64,000 nucleotides of DNA, from assembly GCA_965219415.1 (NCBI GenBank), contig CBDCNP010000002.1, positions 1,440,001-1,504,000 of the forward strand, in the 5' to 3' direction. Each line of letters starts with the position of its first letter. Position 1 is the first letter of the stretch. Below are positions 1 to 11,520 of the stretch, piece by piece. The position numbers were made by a program, and so were the translations under genes. Below the pieces are notes generated by a model. It did no database searches. It was not told where the DNA came from and saw only the letters and a program-made list of their open reading frames with translations. The stretch comes from Candidatus Marinacidobacterales bacterium (GTDB lineage: Bacteria; Acidobacteriota; Vicinamibacteria; Marinacidobacterales; DATDRI01).

Positions 1-54
1 AAGCGGTAAAACCTACGCCTTAACGAGTGTAAAGAACACACAACAATCTTTTCT

Positions 55-1491
55 GAGTCAAGCCCATTCTTAGTTGAAACTCTCCACGGCTCACGTTTAA
101 GCGACCTTCTTCTTCGATACGGTTGATGTCTTCGCCTCGATCTTCAGTTCCCGCTTGAGAGCTTCGCGAAGCTTGGGAAGATGGCGGTAGCCCACCACCT
201 TCCTCAAGCACGGTTCGATGTCTACGAGCGCCGTTGCCAACCAGCGCTGGCGTTGGCTCGAGTTCTTCCAGTGGTCGACCTTCGCGCAGCGTTCCTCGAC
301 GAGAGCATTGACGGACTCAAGGCAGTTCGTCGTCTTGAACGAACGGCCCAGCACCGCGTGCACGCCGAGTCGATGCAACGTCAGCGTCTCCTCGAGGCCT
401 TCCTCCAGGCTGCCAGCTGCGGATTGGTTCCGCTCTTCTAACTCACCGTGGAGTTGCTCGAGCGCAGTGAGGGCCTCTTCGTACTCCGGCCTGTTGTAGG
501 CCCACTGGAGCCGCTTGCGCCATGACGCCTGCTCGCCCTTGGACAGGTAGCTCACTACGTTTTCACGTTTGTTGCCACTGGCAGCGTTGTATCAGGGTCC
601 GCTTACGGAATGCCTTCTTGACTGCCGCTTGGAGACCCTTGCCGCCGTCGATGATCACCAGCAGACCCTGGGAGATATCGAGTCCCCGCTCGAGCAGTGA
701 ACGCAGGAACGGCGTCAACACCTGCGCGTTCTCCGTGTCCGTCTCCACGAAGCCCAAGAAGCGTTTTTCCCCGCAAAAGCGTGATGCCCAGAGCCACGAC
801 CATCGTTGCCTCGGCGAATGTCTTCCCATCCAGAAACAGCGCCACCACATCCTCGCCGGTCAGATCCCGTTCCTGCATCTCCCGCAGCTTCGCAGCGCTC
901 GCTTGCACGAACCCTCGGGACACCGTTGAGCTCGACAGCCCGATGGCGCCCGGAATCGCTTCCGCTGCCGCCTCGTAGTTGCGACAAGAGATTCCGTAGA
1001 GAACTCGTTTCAGCAGAAGATCATTCACCTCACCGCCGTGGCTCACCGCCTCGTAGCAGCGAAGCGGAATCTCTCCTCCCTCGATGCTCCGAACCCGTGG
1101 CACACGGATCGGTACCCGCTGGCCGCCAAGCCCTACCGTGCCCGGGTTGCTTCCGGGACGGCGACCGCGCTCCAGCTCGTCCTTGCGAGAGTATCGCTCT
1201 CCCGCCAACGCCTTCACTTCGTCGTCGAGCAACTCGTGAACGTGCATTAGACCAAGGGGGACCAACCAACGGATCATCTCTACCTTGGCGTCCAGCACGA
1301 GTTCCCCGTAATCCTCGTGCCTCACCATCTCGACCTCACCCAAACGACGCGACTTCTTGCGTTTCTTGACCGAACGTAGCAGACTTCCCATCTCGGCTCC
1401 TTTCTTCGCGGCTTGATTTTGTTTTGTCCAACGCCATCAAACCACGGGGTTTGGAGCCGTTTCAATTCCCAACTAAGATTGGCACACTTTC
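55..1491 (-). mobile_element. IS256-family insertion sequence, full length, with imperfect ~38-bp terminal inverted repeats and 8-bp target-site duplication TCTTTTCT
   Basis: Left end GAGTCAAGCCCATTCTTAGTTGAAACTCTCCACGGCTC aligns without gaps to the reverse complement of the right end (GAAAGTGTGCCAATCTTAGTTGGGAATTGAAACGGCTC). TCTTTTCT flanks both sides (47-54, 1492-1499). Encodes a Mutator/IS256-type transposase. Confidence 0.92.
97..1391 (-). pseudogene. IS256-family DDE transposase, two frameshifts
   Basis: Three ORF pieces (603-1391, 563-850, 97-555) give motifs LFLDG, IIDGGKGL, QRCQW(H)K and TTNCLESVN. Indels near 778 and 572 relative to the second copy. Confidence 0.9.
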
Positions 1492-1557
1492 TCTTTTCTC
1501 GGGGCAACTAGCCTGCGCGCCGCAGACAACGCAAATTATTGTACACTCAACGGGCGC

Positions 1558-2647
1558 ATGAAGACCATTCTGGTCCTTTCCTGGTTCTATCACCCGTTCA
1601 TCGGCGGAGCGGAACTCTTCGCGCGCGCCATCTCGGAAAGGCTATCGGGTAGATACCGTTTCATTGTCGTGACCGCGCGGATGGACAAACAGTTGCCAAA
1701 GAGCGAGACCGGCAACGGGACTACTATCCTCCGATTGGGTGGCGGGCGCCGCAGTGACAAGTTCACCTACCCACTCCTCGCTCTCAAGAAAGCCCTTCAA
1801 CTGTGAGTCGGTGGATTTGGTTCACACCATCATGGTCAACGCCTCGGCGGTGGCCGCCTACCTCTATCTCAAGCTCCGCTCCAAGCCCTCGCTCCTCACG
1901 TCACAGGAAGGCGACAGTGAGGAATACATCAGAGGCTACCTTGGCCCATTCCTAGTACTAGGATGGGGCGTCCGTAACGACCGGATCGCTGTCGTTCACA
2001 ACAGCCTCCCCGACGTCCAAATCGTCATAACCAGAGAAGCGGCGCGGCAAGCGCTTTCGTTTGGCCCATCCAGTCGAGACACGGTAATCGTCTCGGCGGG
2101 ACGTCTGGTACCGTGGAAGCGGTTCGATCTTCTGATCCGCCTGATGCCGGGGATACGTTCTGCCGTATCCTCGGCTCGGCTTCTGATCATCGGCACGGGT
2201 CCGTGCGAAAAGGAGCTCAGGGAACTGGTGGCGGGGTTGAAGCTCGACAAGGCCGTCACCCTTGTCGGTCGGTTGGACGCCGACCGCATGAGGCTTCACC
2301 TGATGGCCAGCGACATCCTGGTTCTCGCATCGAGCTACGAGGGCTTTTCTCACTTGCTCCTCGAATCTATGCGAGCCGGGCTTCCCGTAGTGGCTACCGA
2401 TGCCGGTGGAAACCATGAGCTGATCCAAAACGGAAGTAGTGGGATTCTCGTGCCCATTGACAAGCCGGACCGACTCGCCGCCGCACTGGTCGAGCTGTGC
2501 AAGAACCCTACCTCCCGCGCCCGCCTGGCGAGGGCGGGAAGAGAACGTTCCACATATTTCACTTGGGAAAAAATGGTTGATGCCACCGTAGCTGCCCTCC
2601 GTCGAGCTCCGGCGGCGGACCACGACCACTCGGCGGCGGCGACTTAG
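1558..2647 (+). pseudogene. GT4 (GT-B) glycosyltransferase, frameshift near 1805 and probable internal deletion near 1950
   Basis: N-term PFIGGAE; C-term AGRLVPWKRFD and SSYEGFSHLLLESMRAGLPVVATDAGG; split across two frames. Confidence 0.85.
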
Positions 2648-2655
2648 CGCAGAAG

Positions 2656-4397
2656 CTATTCGGTGGCGATGCGATAAACAGTCACCCCCCTGGTCTGGAA
2701 TACTCTCTCCAGGAAAGGGTTTTGGTTCAATTGCCTCTCGGTAATCACATGCTCGGCCAAGAACGTCGGACTCGATACGATATAGGACACACCGAGTCGA
2801 GCCGCCGCGGCTCTTGCCTCATCCAGGTCGGCCGGCTCGAGGAGAGCGCACTCGTCCCAATAGTCTTCGGTGCCGAAAGATGGTTTTAGGAGCCGGAGGA
2901 CCCGCCTTCCCCGAAACGGCGGGGATCCACGCCCCCGCATCCACCGCAGCGAGAAGAATGTCAGTCCCTGCGGTGTTGTTGCGGATCCATTCTCCCATGG
3001 CTAGGTAGCGTTTCGGGATTGGGGTCAAGCCGAGTCGGAAGTGGTCGTCCATCACTTCTGGCTGCCACCACCAGGGGAGCGTAGCAGGCAGCAACAGCAG
3101 AAGCACCACCGCAGTCAGTCGACTCGAGTTACCCAGCCAGTCGAGGGACGAGCTCAACTTTCGGGCAAGCCTCCGTCCACCTCGCTCGACGAGATCGTAG
3201 ACGCCCAAACCCGAAAATAGAACCATCACCACAACCAAGAGCGTGTAAACGTGTATCGCTCCGCGGGACCGCGCTGCTGCATAAAGGACGGCACTGCCGG
3301 CCCACGCCGTGTAGAGTGCAGCGAGCAGGCCGAGCCACATCAGATCGAATCGACCTCTTCTGCGCCACGCCGTCCAGGCACCATAGAGACCTAAGTAAAA
3401 CGTGAGCCCCAAATCGAAAGTGGCGAGAAAAAACAGCGAGCTCCCGCGCGGAGGGCCTTGGTCCCACGGGCTCCGTAGGTCGGCCGCTGTCCCGGCCGAC
3501 AAGCTGACCGCGGGCGGGAAATTCACTTTCAGGTAGTAGACGTATGGGAGGACGAGGACGAGCGATACCAGCAGGATCGCGCCGAGACGAAGGTGCTGGC
3601 GCCCCGGGCCTTTCACCAAAGCAATCAGCATGCCGCCTACGACGAGGCCCAAGCAAAGGAGCATCCAGTACATGATGAAGGCCCACCCCAGAACACCCAA
3701 AAGCAATCCGGTCGCCGCAGAGCTCAGGAAGCTGAAGGGCTTGGAGATGGTCCGCACCAGCAGCCAGATGCAGATCGGCACCAGGGCAAGTGCGAGCGCG
3801 TGATTGGGCTTGTGCAGGAAGATCTTGGCGACCGAGCCGTTGTAGGCACCGAGGAAGTCGAGCGGCGGCGCCGCGACAAGGAGCGCGAAAAAAACCACAT
3901 AGAGTGCGCGCAGGTCGTTGCGCTTCGACTCGTTCTCATCAGAAGGAACGGCCTCCGGTTCCACCGCAAAAACAAATCTGAGGCCGCACCCAAGTAAAAC
4001 AATGACCAACGCCGGCAGGAACGGGTAGACCCGCAGGACCCACTCAGGGTCGCGCAGCGAAAGGAGCGAAACGATGAACACCCACAAGGGTTCCAAGTGG
4101 AACTGGCCTATTACGCCGCTCTCCCATGGCGCGTTGCCCGCCGCCGCGGTTGCACATGACCAGAGATTTCTCATTCGATCCGTAATGGGCGCTAGTCCCC
4201 AGATTCCCGGCAAAGGGAAAGGTTGTCCAAAACCAAGCCATCAATGCCAGGGGGATAGGCGCCCACGCCCAACGGACGGCGCGCTGCCGCCAAATCCAAA
4301 GCACCCAGCAAAGGTATACCGCAACGAAAGCGAGCCTCCCCGCAGAGAAGAAAGCGGGCAAGTCGAGCTCGCCGACGCTGATTCCCAGGAAATTCAA
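2656..4397 (-). pseudogene. Multi-TM membrane protein, probable GT-C glycosyltransferase (weak AftA-like pattern); frameshifted; paralog of 13522-15219
   Basis: TTG start overlaps upstream TGA; three frames (end of 4044-5063, 2819-4213, 2656-2940); many TM helices; shares LPWWWQP..MD and WIPAVSG with the paralog. Confidence 0.6.
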
Positions 4398-5063
4398 TCT
4401 GCGCTTCCATGAGAAGGAACGCGCACCCTGAGAGCGAAGGCCAGCGAGAAGAGCTGTGGCCGGAGGCGTGCCAATAGTCGGAAGGGTAGCCCCAGGAGCC
4501 AGCTTTGATATTTGAACGTGTGAAATCGCTCGGATACCAATTCCAGACCGAGTGAGGCGAGCAGCTTTTTCAAACCGACGTAGTTGATCCAATAACACAT
4601 GCGCTTGCGCGGCGTATTGTTCTCGGGCACCGCTCCAGTGAGAACTTGGTACCGTGCGGTCACCGAGTTGAAGTTGGGAACGACTAATACGATCTCCCTG
4701 GCCACGCGCGCCGCCTCGGCCAAGTATGCGCTCCGGCTCGAACGTATGTTCCAGTACATCGATCAACGCAACAGTGGCGAATTGACCATCGGGAAACGGC
4801 AACGGACGCTCGGCATCACAGCACAAAGCGGGGAGGCCCCTCGCAGACAGAGATTTGGCGCTGGAAAGCGCGAGGTCGCAGCCCACCAACTTCTCCAAGC
4901 CTCTCTGCCGGAGCGCATCGAGGAAATGTCCCGTTCCACATCCGATGTCGAGCACCGGCTGGTGCTCGACGAGCGCCGCAGCGGCTCGGTGCTTCCACTG
5001 GATGCCTAAATCCGGGCCTTGCCACCAAAGGGCATCCCAATAATCAATCTCCCGGCTCTTCAT
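4394..5063 (-). pseudogene. Class I SAM-dependent methyltransferase, frameshift near 4722
   Basis: VLDIGCGTG, LPFPDGQF, DVLEH, then VPNF in a second frame. Confidence 0.85.
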
Positions 5064-5294
5064 TTGGGCTGGCTACGCTCCACTCGCAACACCATCATAG
5101 GAATCGCCTACGACCCGAGAGCAAGGGAGGCGGAGAGGTTCAGATTCGAGGCCTCGTGAACAAAAAATGACGTCTTACGGAAAACGGGGGTATTCTAGAG
5201 CGGCCTCGTCGCGGTGGCAACCCCGGATGTTCCCGCACGGGGCACAATGTCGTTAGTATCGAATCCGGTGGCACGGTTGAGAAGCTAACCTCGA

Positions 5295-6835
5295 ATGAAC
5301 CAGACTGACGACGAACGCCAATCCGGCCGAGATTGGATCGCCTTCGTTGTCGCATGGATCCCTTACTCGTTGTTGACCTATAGATTTTGGTACAACAACG
5401 ACGACGCCTTCATCAGTTTCCGTTACGCGAAGAACTGGGCCATGGGGTACGGCGTGCGCTACAACGTGGGCGTTCAGCAGCCGGAGGAGGGATACAGCAA
5501 CTTCCTTTGGGTCGCACTGTGCGCGCTTATCGAGTACTTGGAGCTTGACGTTACTTTCTGGGCACCGATGATCGGATTCGCTTGCGGCTCTTTGCTGTTG
5601 TACTTCGTTTTTCGAACGATGCGGCGGGATTTCGATATGGAGATCGGCGTCGCGTTCTCCATCACGCTGGGCCTCGGCCTTTTCCCACCGTACGCCCTAT
5701 GGTCGACGGGTGGCATGGCTACCATCGCATTCGCCCTTTCCGCGTTCGCGACGACTTACTTCCTTGTTCTTCGTTCCGCGGGCATCGCGCCGTACCGTGG
5801 TGCGCTCGCCGGGGTGGCCATGGCGTTGTTGCGTACCGAAGGGATCGCTTGGGCATTACTTATCGCCCTGCTCGGCATCGTCACACGACGGATGAAAAGG
5901 GAGGGAGCCTGGCGACCGGTAGCCGTTTATGTCGCGATCGTGGGCGCCGCTTTCTCAGTCTATTTCGCCTGGCGATACTCCTACTACCAGGTTCTCTTCC
6001 CCAACCCGGTCTACGCCAAGGTTGGCCTCGGCCCCGAAGTCGTATTGCGAGGCTCCCGCTACGTGGCCACCTTCGCTCTCACGTTTCTGTCACCGCTTCT
6101 CTTGCTGCCCGCAGGCTACGTGGCCTGGCGGGAAGCACCGAAGCCGCTAGCGCTTGCCCCGGCACGTTGAGCTTCGCCTTTCCGGCCTACGCGGTGGCGG
6201 TCGGCGGAGATTGGATGCCCATGGGGCGGTTTCTGATCCCCGGCCTCCCCTTCGGAGCGCTATTGATGGGATGGTTGGTCGCTTGGCTCTGGAAACATCT
6301 AACACCGAGGATCGCGGTCATGGCGGTCGTGCTAGCAACCATCGCGGTGGGTCTCGTTCCCGCTTGGAACGTCCAGCTCGTGCCCGCCTCGGTGCGCCGC
6401 CCATTTCATTTTCGTTACTACGGTGCCGGCTTCCGCACCGAATATGAAGCGTGGAGAGACGGACTCGATAATCTCGCAGACAGAAAGGAAGTTGCTCTGG
6501 CACTCAAGAAGCATTTCAAGCCGGGAGACAGCATCGTCGGTGGCGCCATCGGCGTACTCGGATACTACTCCGAGCTACGCGTCTACGACCGATACGGCTT
6601 GGTCGACCGGCGGGTGGCAATGCGCCCGCACCAGTGCGGCCAACTTCGCTCCCCAGGCCATGACAGTAAGGTCTCGACCAGTTTCTTTTTCCCCGACGAG
6701 CCCACCGTCCTGCTTCATGAAAGAGTAAACGGACCTCCACCGAGCCGAAAGAATCCGGCGACCCCGCATCGCCACACTCCCCCGCCCCCAGAGGCGCGCG
6801 GCGCGTGCGAAGCGGGCCGAAAGTGCGTGGGATGA
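5295..6835 (+). pseudogene. GT-C membrane glycosyltransferase, AftB/arabinofuranosyltransferase-like; frameshift near 6160, 3' end degenerate
   Basis: DDAFISFRYAKN..G.G..YN..EGYSNFLW, R.EG, PNPVYAK, GGDWM..RF, YGLVD and PGH motifs. Confidence 0.75.
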
Positions 6836-6840
6836 TTTTT

Positions 6841-8031
6841 TTACGGGGTTGGATTCTTCTCTTCCGTGACCAGGCGAGTGGCCTCTTCGAAGAGGCGACG
6901 GTAAGCGTCGACATAAGACGCCGTTGAGAAGAAACGTTCCGCGAAGGCGCGGGCACGTTCTCCCATTTGATCGAATTTCTCAGGGTCTTCCAGAAGCCAA
7001 CGCAATCGTATGGCAACCGCCTCGCTATCGCCAGGAGGTACCAGGAGGCCGTTGTCTTCATCCACGATCATCTCGCCGATGCCACCGACTCGGCTTCCTA
7101 TCACGGGCGTCGCGCAGGCCATCGCTTCGAAGACGACCCGTCCCAAACCCTCGGACCGGGAAGGGAGAACCAAAGCTTCGGCCTGGGCCATCTGCTTGGC
7201 CAGCTCGCGCTGAGGGAGCGGATCCTTGAAAACCACTCGCGACGCGAGGCCGAGCTCTTTCGTCTGCAGGGCCAGGGACTGGGCGCACCGGCGATCCTCG
7301 GCCTTGCCGACGATCAGAAGTTGCGCCTCTGGAAAATCCTCCGCGATCGAGGCGAATGCACCGATGAGAACGTCGACACCCTTGAGAGGGATCAGGAGGC
7401 CGACGTAGAGAAATGTACCCCGGGACTTTCTCTCCTTCTCCTGTCCCGCGTCCAAGAAAACCTCTATATCGGTCCAGGTCGAAAACTGCTCGATCGGCTT
7501 CCCCTCTGCCCATTCGGTGAGCTGCTCCCGGGTCGAGTCCGATATGGCGCGAAACGCGTCGGCATGTCGCAGTGCGAACTGAGAGAAACGGACCGCGAAG
7601 AACCGTCCGAGGCCCGGCCATAAGAAACGATGCTGCAAGAAAGGTGACTTCTGGAAATCACCATGACTCTCCACGATGAGAGCCACTCTTCGGGCGAAGA
7701 TTCCACCAAGTAGCTTCACCCAAGCTCCCGCGAAACCTTCGTATGGACTTTGGGCTACTAAGATCCCCACCCGTCGATGCAGGACGAGGCCCAACGCGAC
7801 GAGGGAACCGATACTGAGGAGGGCAAGATAGCGCAGCACCGGTCCCGGCGGACGCGGCAGCAGAACGAAGTCGGCGCTTTGATGGTGTCGCCCGCCCTTC
7901 CAATGGGTCGAAAACCCGATGACGAAGATCCTCCCCAAGGCTGCGAGAGCGCGAAACTTCTTCTCGCTGGTTGGGTCCAGGGGGACTTCGTAAACGGTGC
8001 TGCTGAGGAAGCAGACACTGGGCGGGCTCAT
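6841..8031 (-). CDS. GT4 glycosyltransferase
   Basis: Start taken at MSPPSVCF. YVGLLIPLKG and SRSEGLGRVVFEAMACATPVIGSRVGG. Confidence 0.9.
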   Translation of the reverse strand: MSPPSVCFLSSTVYEVPLDPTSEKKFRALAALGRIFVIGFSTHWKGGRHHQSADFVLLPRPPGPVLRYLALLSIGSLVALGLVLHRRVGILVAQSPYEGFAGAWVKLLGGIFARRVALIVESHGDFQKSPFLQHRFLWPGLGRFFAVRFSQFALRHADAFRAISDSTREQLTEWAEGKPIEQFSTWTDIEVFLDAGQEKERKSRGTFLYVGLLIPLKGVDVLIGAFASIAEDFPEAQLLIVGKAEDRRCAQSLALQTKELGLASRVVFKDPLPQRELAKQMAQAEALVLPSRSEGLGRVVFEAMACATPVIGSRVGGIGEMIVDEDNGLLVPPGDSEAVAIRLRWLLEDPEKFDQMGERARAFAERFFSTASYVDAYRRLFEEATRLVTEEKNPTP

Positions 8032-8066
8032 AAGTGGCCTCGAGATCCCCCGCGGCGGGTGTCCGT

Positions 8067-9485
8067 CTAGCGCCCCGAGCTCTCCAGGTGTTTCCCCAGA
8101 ATATGCGCCGTACACGCGGTGAGCTTCTTGGCGTACCCGACGTGTAAGAACTCGTTGGGTCCGTGGGCGTTGCTTTGGGGGCCCAGTACACCGGTGATCA
8201 CGAACTGGGCGCTGGGGAACTTCTCGCCCAACATCCCCATGAAAGGTATCGAGCCTCCCTCGCCCATGTGCATGGCGGGTTTTCCGTAAAAAGTCTCCGA
8301 GGCCTCCCCGATCGCCTGACCGAGCCATGGAGAAAGCTCGGGTGCGCTCCAACCTTGTGCCGGCTCGTTGAACTCGACGGATACATGGGCCCCGTATGGC
8401 GGATCCATTTCCAGAAGTTCCTTCACCACGGCTTTCGCCTTCTCGGTTGCGAGAGTGGGCGGGAGCCGTAGCGACAGATTGAGGGTCGTGTAGGGCCTCA
8501 GCACATTGCCGGCCTTTTGCACGGGGGGAATTCCGTCCTGGCCGGTGATCTCGAGTTGGGGTCGCCAAGTGCGATTCAAGATGAGCTCGGTCGGATCTTC
8601 TTCGACCGGCCTCATCCCACTCATCCACGGAAACTTGCTGTACACTCCGTCTTTCAGAACTTCGGCGACCCGGCGCGCTTGTTCGACCCGCTGCGCGGGG
8701 ATGTCGACACGAAGGGCGTCGGGCAGAACCCGGCCCGTCGCGGCATCTTCCAAACGATCCAGCAACGGTCGAAACAGTCGGAAGGAGGATGGGACGATAC
8801 CGCTCGCATCGCCGGAATGGACGCCTTCCTGAAGCACCTGCACCTTCAATTTGCCGCTCACTAGCCCACGCAGCGAGGTCGTGGACCAGAACTGATCGTA
8901 ATTGCCGGCTCCCGAATCCAGGCAAACGACGAGCTCGGGCTGGCCGAGCAGTTCCTCGAAATGATCCACGTAAGCAGGAAGGTCCGGAGAGCCGCTCTCC
9001 TCAGAGAACTCGATGATGGCGACCACCCGCGCGTGGTCCAGATTCTGGGCACGAAGCGCGTGTAGGGCACAGACCGAGGCGAAAACTGCGTAGCCGTCAT
9101 CGGCCCCGCCACGACCATAGAGTTTCTCGCCGTCCACTACCGGCTCCCAAGGGCCGAGCCCATCACGCCACCCCGTCATTTCCGGCTGTTTATCCAGATG
9201 CCCGTACATGACAACCGTCCGATCGCTCTTTCCGGGCACTTCTAACAGCAGCAGCGGAGTGCGACCGGGCAACCGCCCCACGTGGAGCGTCGAGCCTTCG
9301 GGTTTATGCGTCTCCACCCAGCGCTTTGCAAGCTCGAGCGCCTTCTCCATGTGCCCGTTTTGCTCCCAGTCGGGATCGAACACCGGAGATACGTTGGGAA
9401 CGCGAATGTAGTCCTGGATGGTGGGAAGGATCTCGTCGTCCCAAAATCCGTCAACAAACGCCTGCAATTTCTCCTTACTCGCCAT
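8067..9485 (-). CDS. M20/M25/M40-family metallopeptidase
   Basis: YGHLDKQP, YGRGGADDG, EESGS and NAHGPNE metal-binding motifs. Confidence 0.92.
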   Translation of the reverse strand: MASKEKLQAFVDGFWDDEILPTIQDYIRVPNVSPVFDPDWEQNGHMEKALELAKRWVETHKPEGSTLHVGRLPGRTPLLLLEVPGKSDRTVVMYGHLDKQPEMTGWRDGLGPWEPVVDGEKLYGRGGADDGYAVFASVCALHALRAQNLDHARVVAIIEFSEESGSPDLPAYVDHFEELLGQPELVVCLDSGAGNYDQFWSTTSLRGLVSGKLKVQVLQEGVHSGDASGIVPSSFRLFRPLLDRLEDAATGRVLPDALRVDIPAQRVEQARRVAEVLKDGVYSKFPWMSGMRPVEEDPTELILNRTWRPQLEITGQDGIPPVQKAGNVLRPYTTLNLSLRLPPTLATEKAKAVVKELLEMDPPYGAHVSVEFNEPAQGWSAPELSPWLGQAIGEASETFYGKPAMHMGEGGSIPFMGMLGEKFPSAQFVITGVLGPQSNAHGPNEFLHVGYAKKLTACTAHILGKHLESSGR

Positions 9486-9624
9486 GGCGGTCCTCTCCTG
9501 AAAGCCGTTGCCGGTCCTGCGCTATCTTATCCTGATCCGCGCCTTCTCGGTCCAGCGTGCAGTTCCGTTATACTCCGGGGTCAATGCGGGGTCCGCGAGC
9601 GTCAAGCCCCCAAATGATGACACG

Positions 9625-10716
9625 ATGAAACGGGCGGTGGTGGGTCGAATCTCAGCGGTGGTTCTGAGTGTACTGCTCGTGTTTTTTGCCACCGAGCTTT
9701 TGGCTCGGTATTTCTTTCCATGCTATCGAGAGGTCGACTGCTCCTTACATCAGGCGGAGATGATGCTCCTCAACTCGAACGTCCTCTTCGATCCCTCGCT
9801 CGACGCGTACAGCGAGCGGTTTGGATTCCGGCTCTCTCCTAATGAAGAGCAGATAGTCGAGAAGCCCGAATACCGCCACACCGCTCGAACGAACTCCCTT
9901 GGCTTCCGAACCAAGGAGATCGCCCCTAGGGGCGCCAACGAGTTGAGATCGCTTTTGCTCGGTGACTCGTTTTTCTATGGGACCGGCGTGGAAGAAGAAG
10001 ACATGATCTCAACCTGGTTGGAACGGCTGAACGCAGAAGACGATTCGGCTCAGTACTCGCTCATCGCTTACAATTTCGCGGTGTTCGGATACAACACGGT
10101 CCAACAACTCATCGTGGCACGGGAATTCGTCCAAGACATCGGCCCGCACGAGATCGTGCTCGGATTGTTCATCGGCAATGACATTCTCCCTAACGCCATC
10201 GCTTACATAGACGGGGAAGGCAACTACGCTGTCTCCGAGGAGAGGCTCACGCGCATGAGGAACGAGCTCCATAGCTACTATCCTCCCCTGCTCGGAGCAA
10301 GCGTCATCTATCGCATGATGGCCCGTCTTGCCGTGGTCCCTCGCCTCCGCTACAAAATGGCTTCACGACCCGAAATCCTCGAAGAGACCTACTCGCTGCT
10401 GGAGGAGCTCGGTAGTCTCTCGCTGGCCAACGAGAGTGGCTTTTCGGTCGTGATTATCTATCCGCGTGACGGGACGGCGGGTGGATTCATGCAACGGTGG
10501 ACGAGGAGTCGCGTCGTCGGAAATCGGATTCGCGTGTTCTGCGAGCAAAACGATATCCGGGTCATCGATCTGCTGGATTACATCGAGGGACGGGAGGACA
10601 TGAGACGGTACCTGTACACATCCGATGGCCACTTCAATCCGGCAGGGAGTCGCCTCGTTGCGCAAATTATTCGCAGCAACATCTTGGCTCGGCGCGACAC
10701 CGCAACATTCGAATAG
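9625..10716 (+). CDS. SGNH/GDSL-fold protein with N-terminal anchor (polysaccharide O-acylation-associated type)
   Basis: TNSLGFR, LGDSF, GND and DGHFN motifs; start uncertain. Confidence 0.8.
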   Translation: MKRAVVGRISAVVLSVLLVFFATELLARYFFPCYREVDCSLHQAEMMLLNSNVLFDPSLDAYSERFGFRLSPNEEQIVEKPEYRHTARTNSLGFRTKEIAPRGANELRSLLLGDSFFYGTGVEEEDMISTWLERLNAEDDSAQYSLIAYNFAVFGYNTVQQLIVAREFVQDIGPHEIVLGLFIGNDILPNAIAYIDGEGNYAVSEERLTRMRNELHSYYPPLLGASVIYRMMARLAVVPRLRYKMASRPEILEETYSLLEELGSLSLANESGFSVVIIYPRDGTAGGFMQRWTRSRVVGNRIRVFCEQNDIRVIDLLDYIEGREDMRRYLYTSDGHFNPAGSRLVAQIIRSNILARRDTATFE

Positions 10717-10731
10717 TTCCACGGAGACTCA

Positions 10732-11409
10732 TCACTTCCTGGCTACAACGAGGTATCCGCTGGTCAGGAAATTTGACGGGATAAGCTTCGACGCGAGCAG
10801 GGCGAACGGCACCAACAAGAAGGCGATCAAGACGATCAGCGGAGCGAGTAGCCGAGCCATCAGGCGATTCTCCATGATCAGCCGGACGATAAGCACATTC
10901 ACCGCCTCCCCCCAAGAATTTCTTTCCTTGATGACGACCGCGGTGAACTCACGCAGGAGATGCTCCAATCCGAATGATGTGAAGCGGAAGTAGTCGTTGG
11001 AATTGCTATGAATCGGAAAGATGAAAGGCACCGTCAGCGTGAGCTTACCTTCCTTTTTCAGCACTCTGTGAATGCGATCGATTGCTTGCTGAGGCGAATG
11101 TAGATGCTCGAGGACTTCGGCCAGCACAACATGGTCATAGATTTCGTCTTTCTCGAACTCATAGGTGCAGATATCACCAACGATTTCCTGCGCCTTGTGA
11201 ACGGTCGCGACGTCGAAGAGGTGGACGTCGAACGCTCGCCGTTGCCCGAACTCCTTGACCATCGCCGCGATCGGCCCGCCGGCGCCGACCGAGAGAACAC
11301 TCGCCCCCTGCTCTATGTCGGATAGCTGCCTTGCGAGGAAGGGGTAAATGCCCTTACGAGTGAGAATCTTGGAGGCATTGATCAAGTGTTGATACACCTT
11401 CGCCAACAT
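10732..11409 (-). CDS. Class I SAM-dependent methyltransferase
   Basis: VLSVGAGG, EVLEH, VPFIFPIH and DYFRFT. Confidence 0.85.
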   Translation of the reverse strand: MLAKVYQHLINASKILTRKGIYPFLARQLSDIEQGASVLSVGAGGPIAAMVKEFGQRRAFDVHLFDVATVHKAQEIVGDICTYEFEKDEIYDHVVLAEVLEHLHSPQQAIDRIHRVLKKEGKLTLTVPFIFPIHSNSNDYFRFTSFGLEHLLREFTAVVIKERNSWGEAVNVLIVRLIMENRLMARLLAPLIVLIAFLLVPFALLASKLIPSNFLTSGYLVVARK

Positions 11410-11520
11410 CACCACCTCACTCCGCAGCTCGTTGTGCAATCCTCCGTCTCTGAGACGACCCCCGGCTCGAGATGTCGAGAAGGGACTCCTCTGGTAGAAA
11501 CATCGAAGGTCTCGAGTACG

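Noticed and set aside
8032-8925. 694-aa GT4 with long N-terminal extension
   Set aside because: The extension overlaps the M20 peptidase in another frame and is low-complexity GC read-through.
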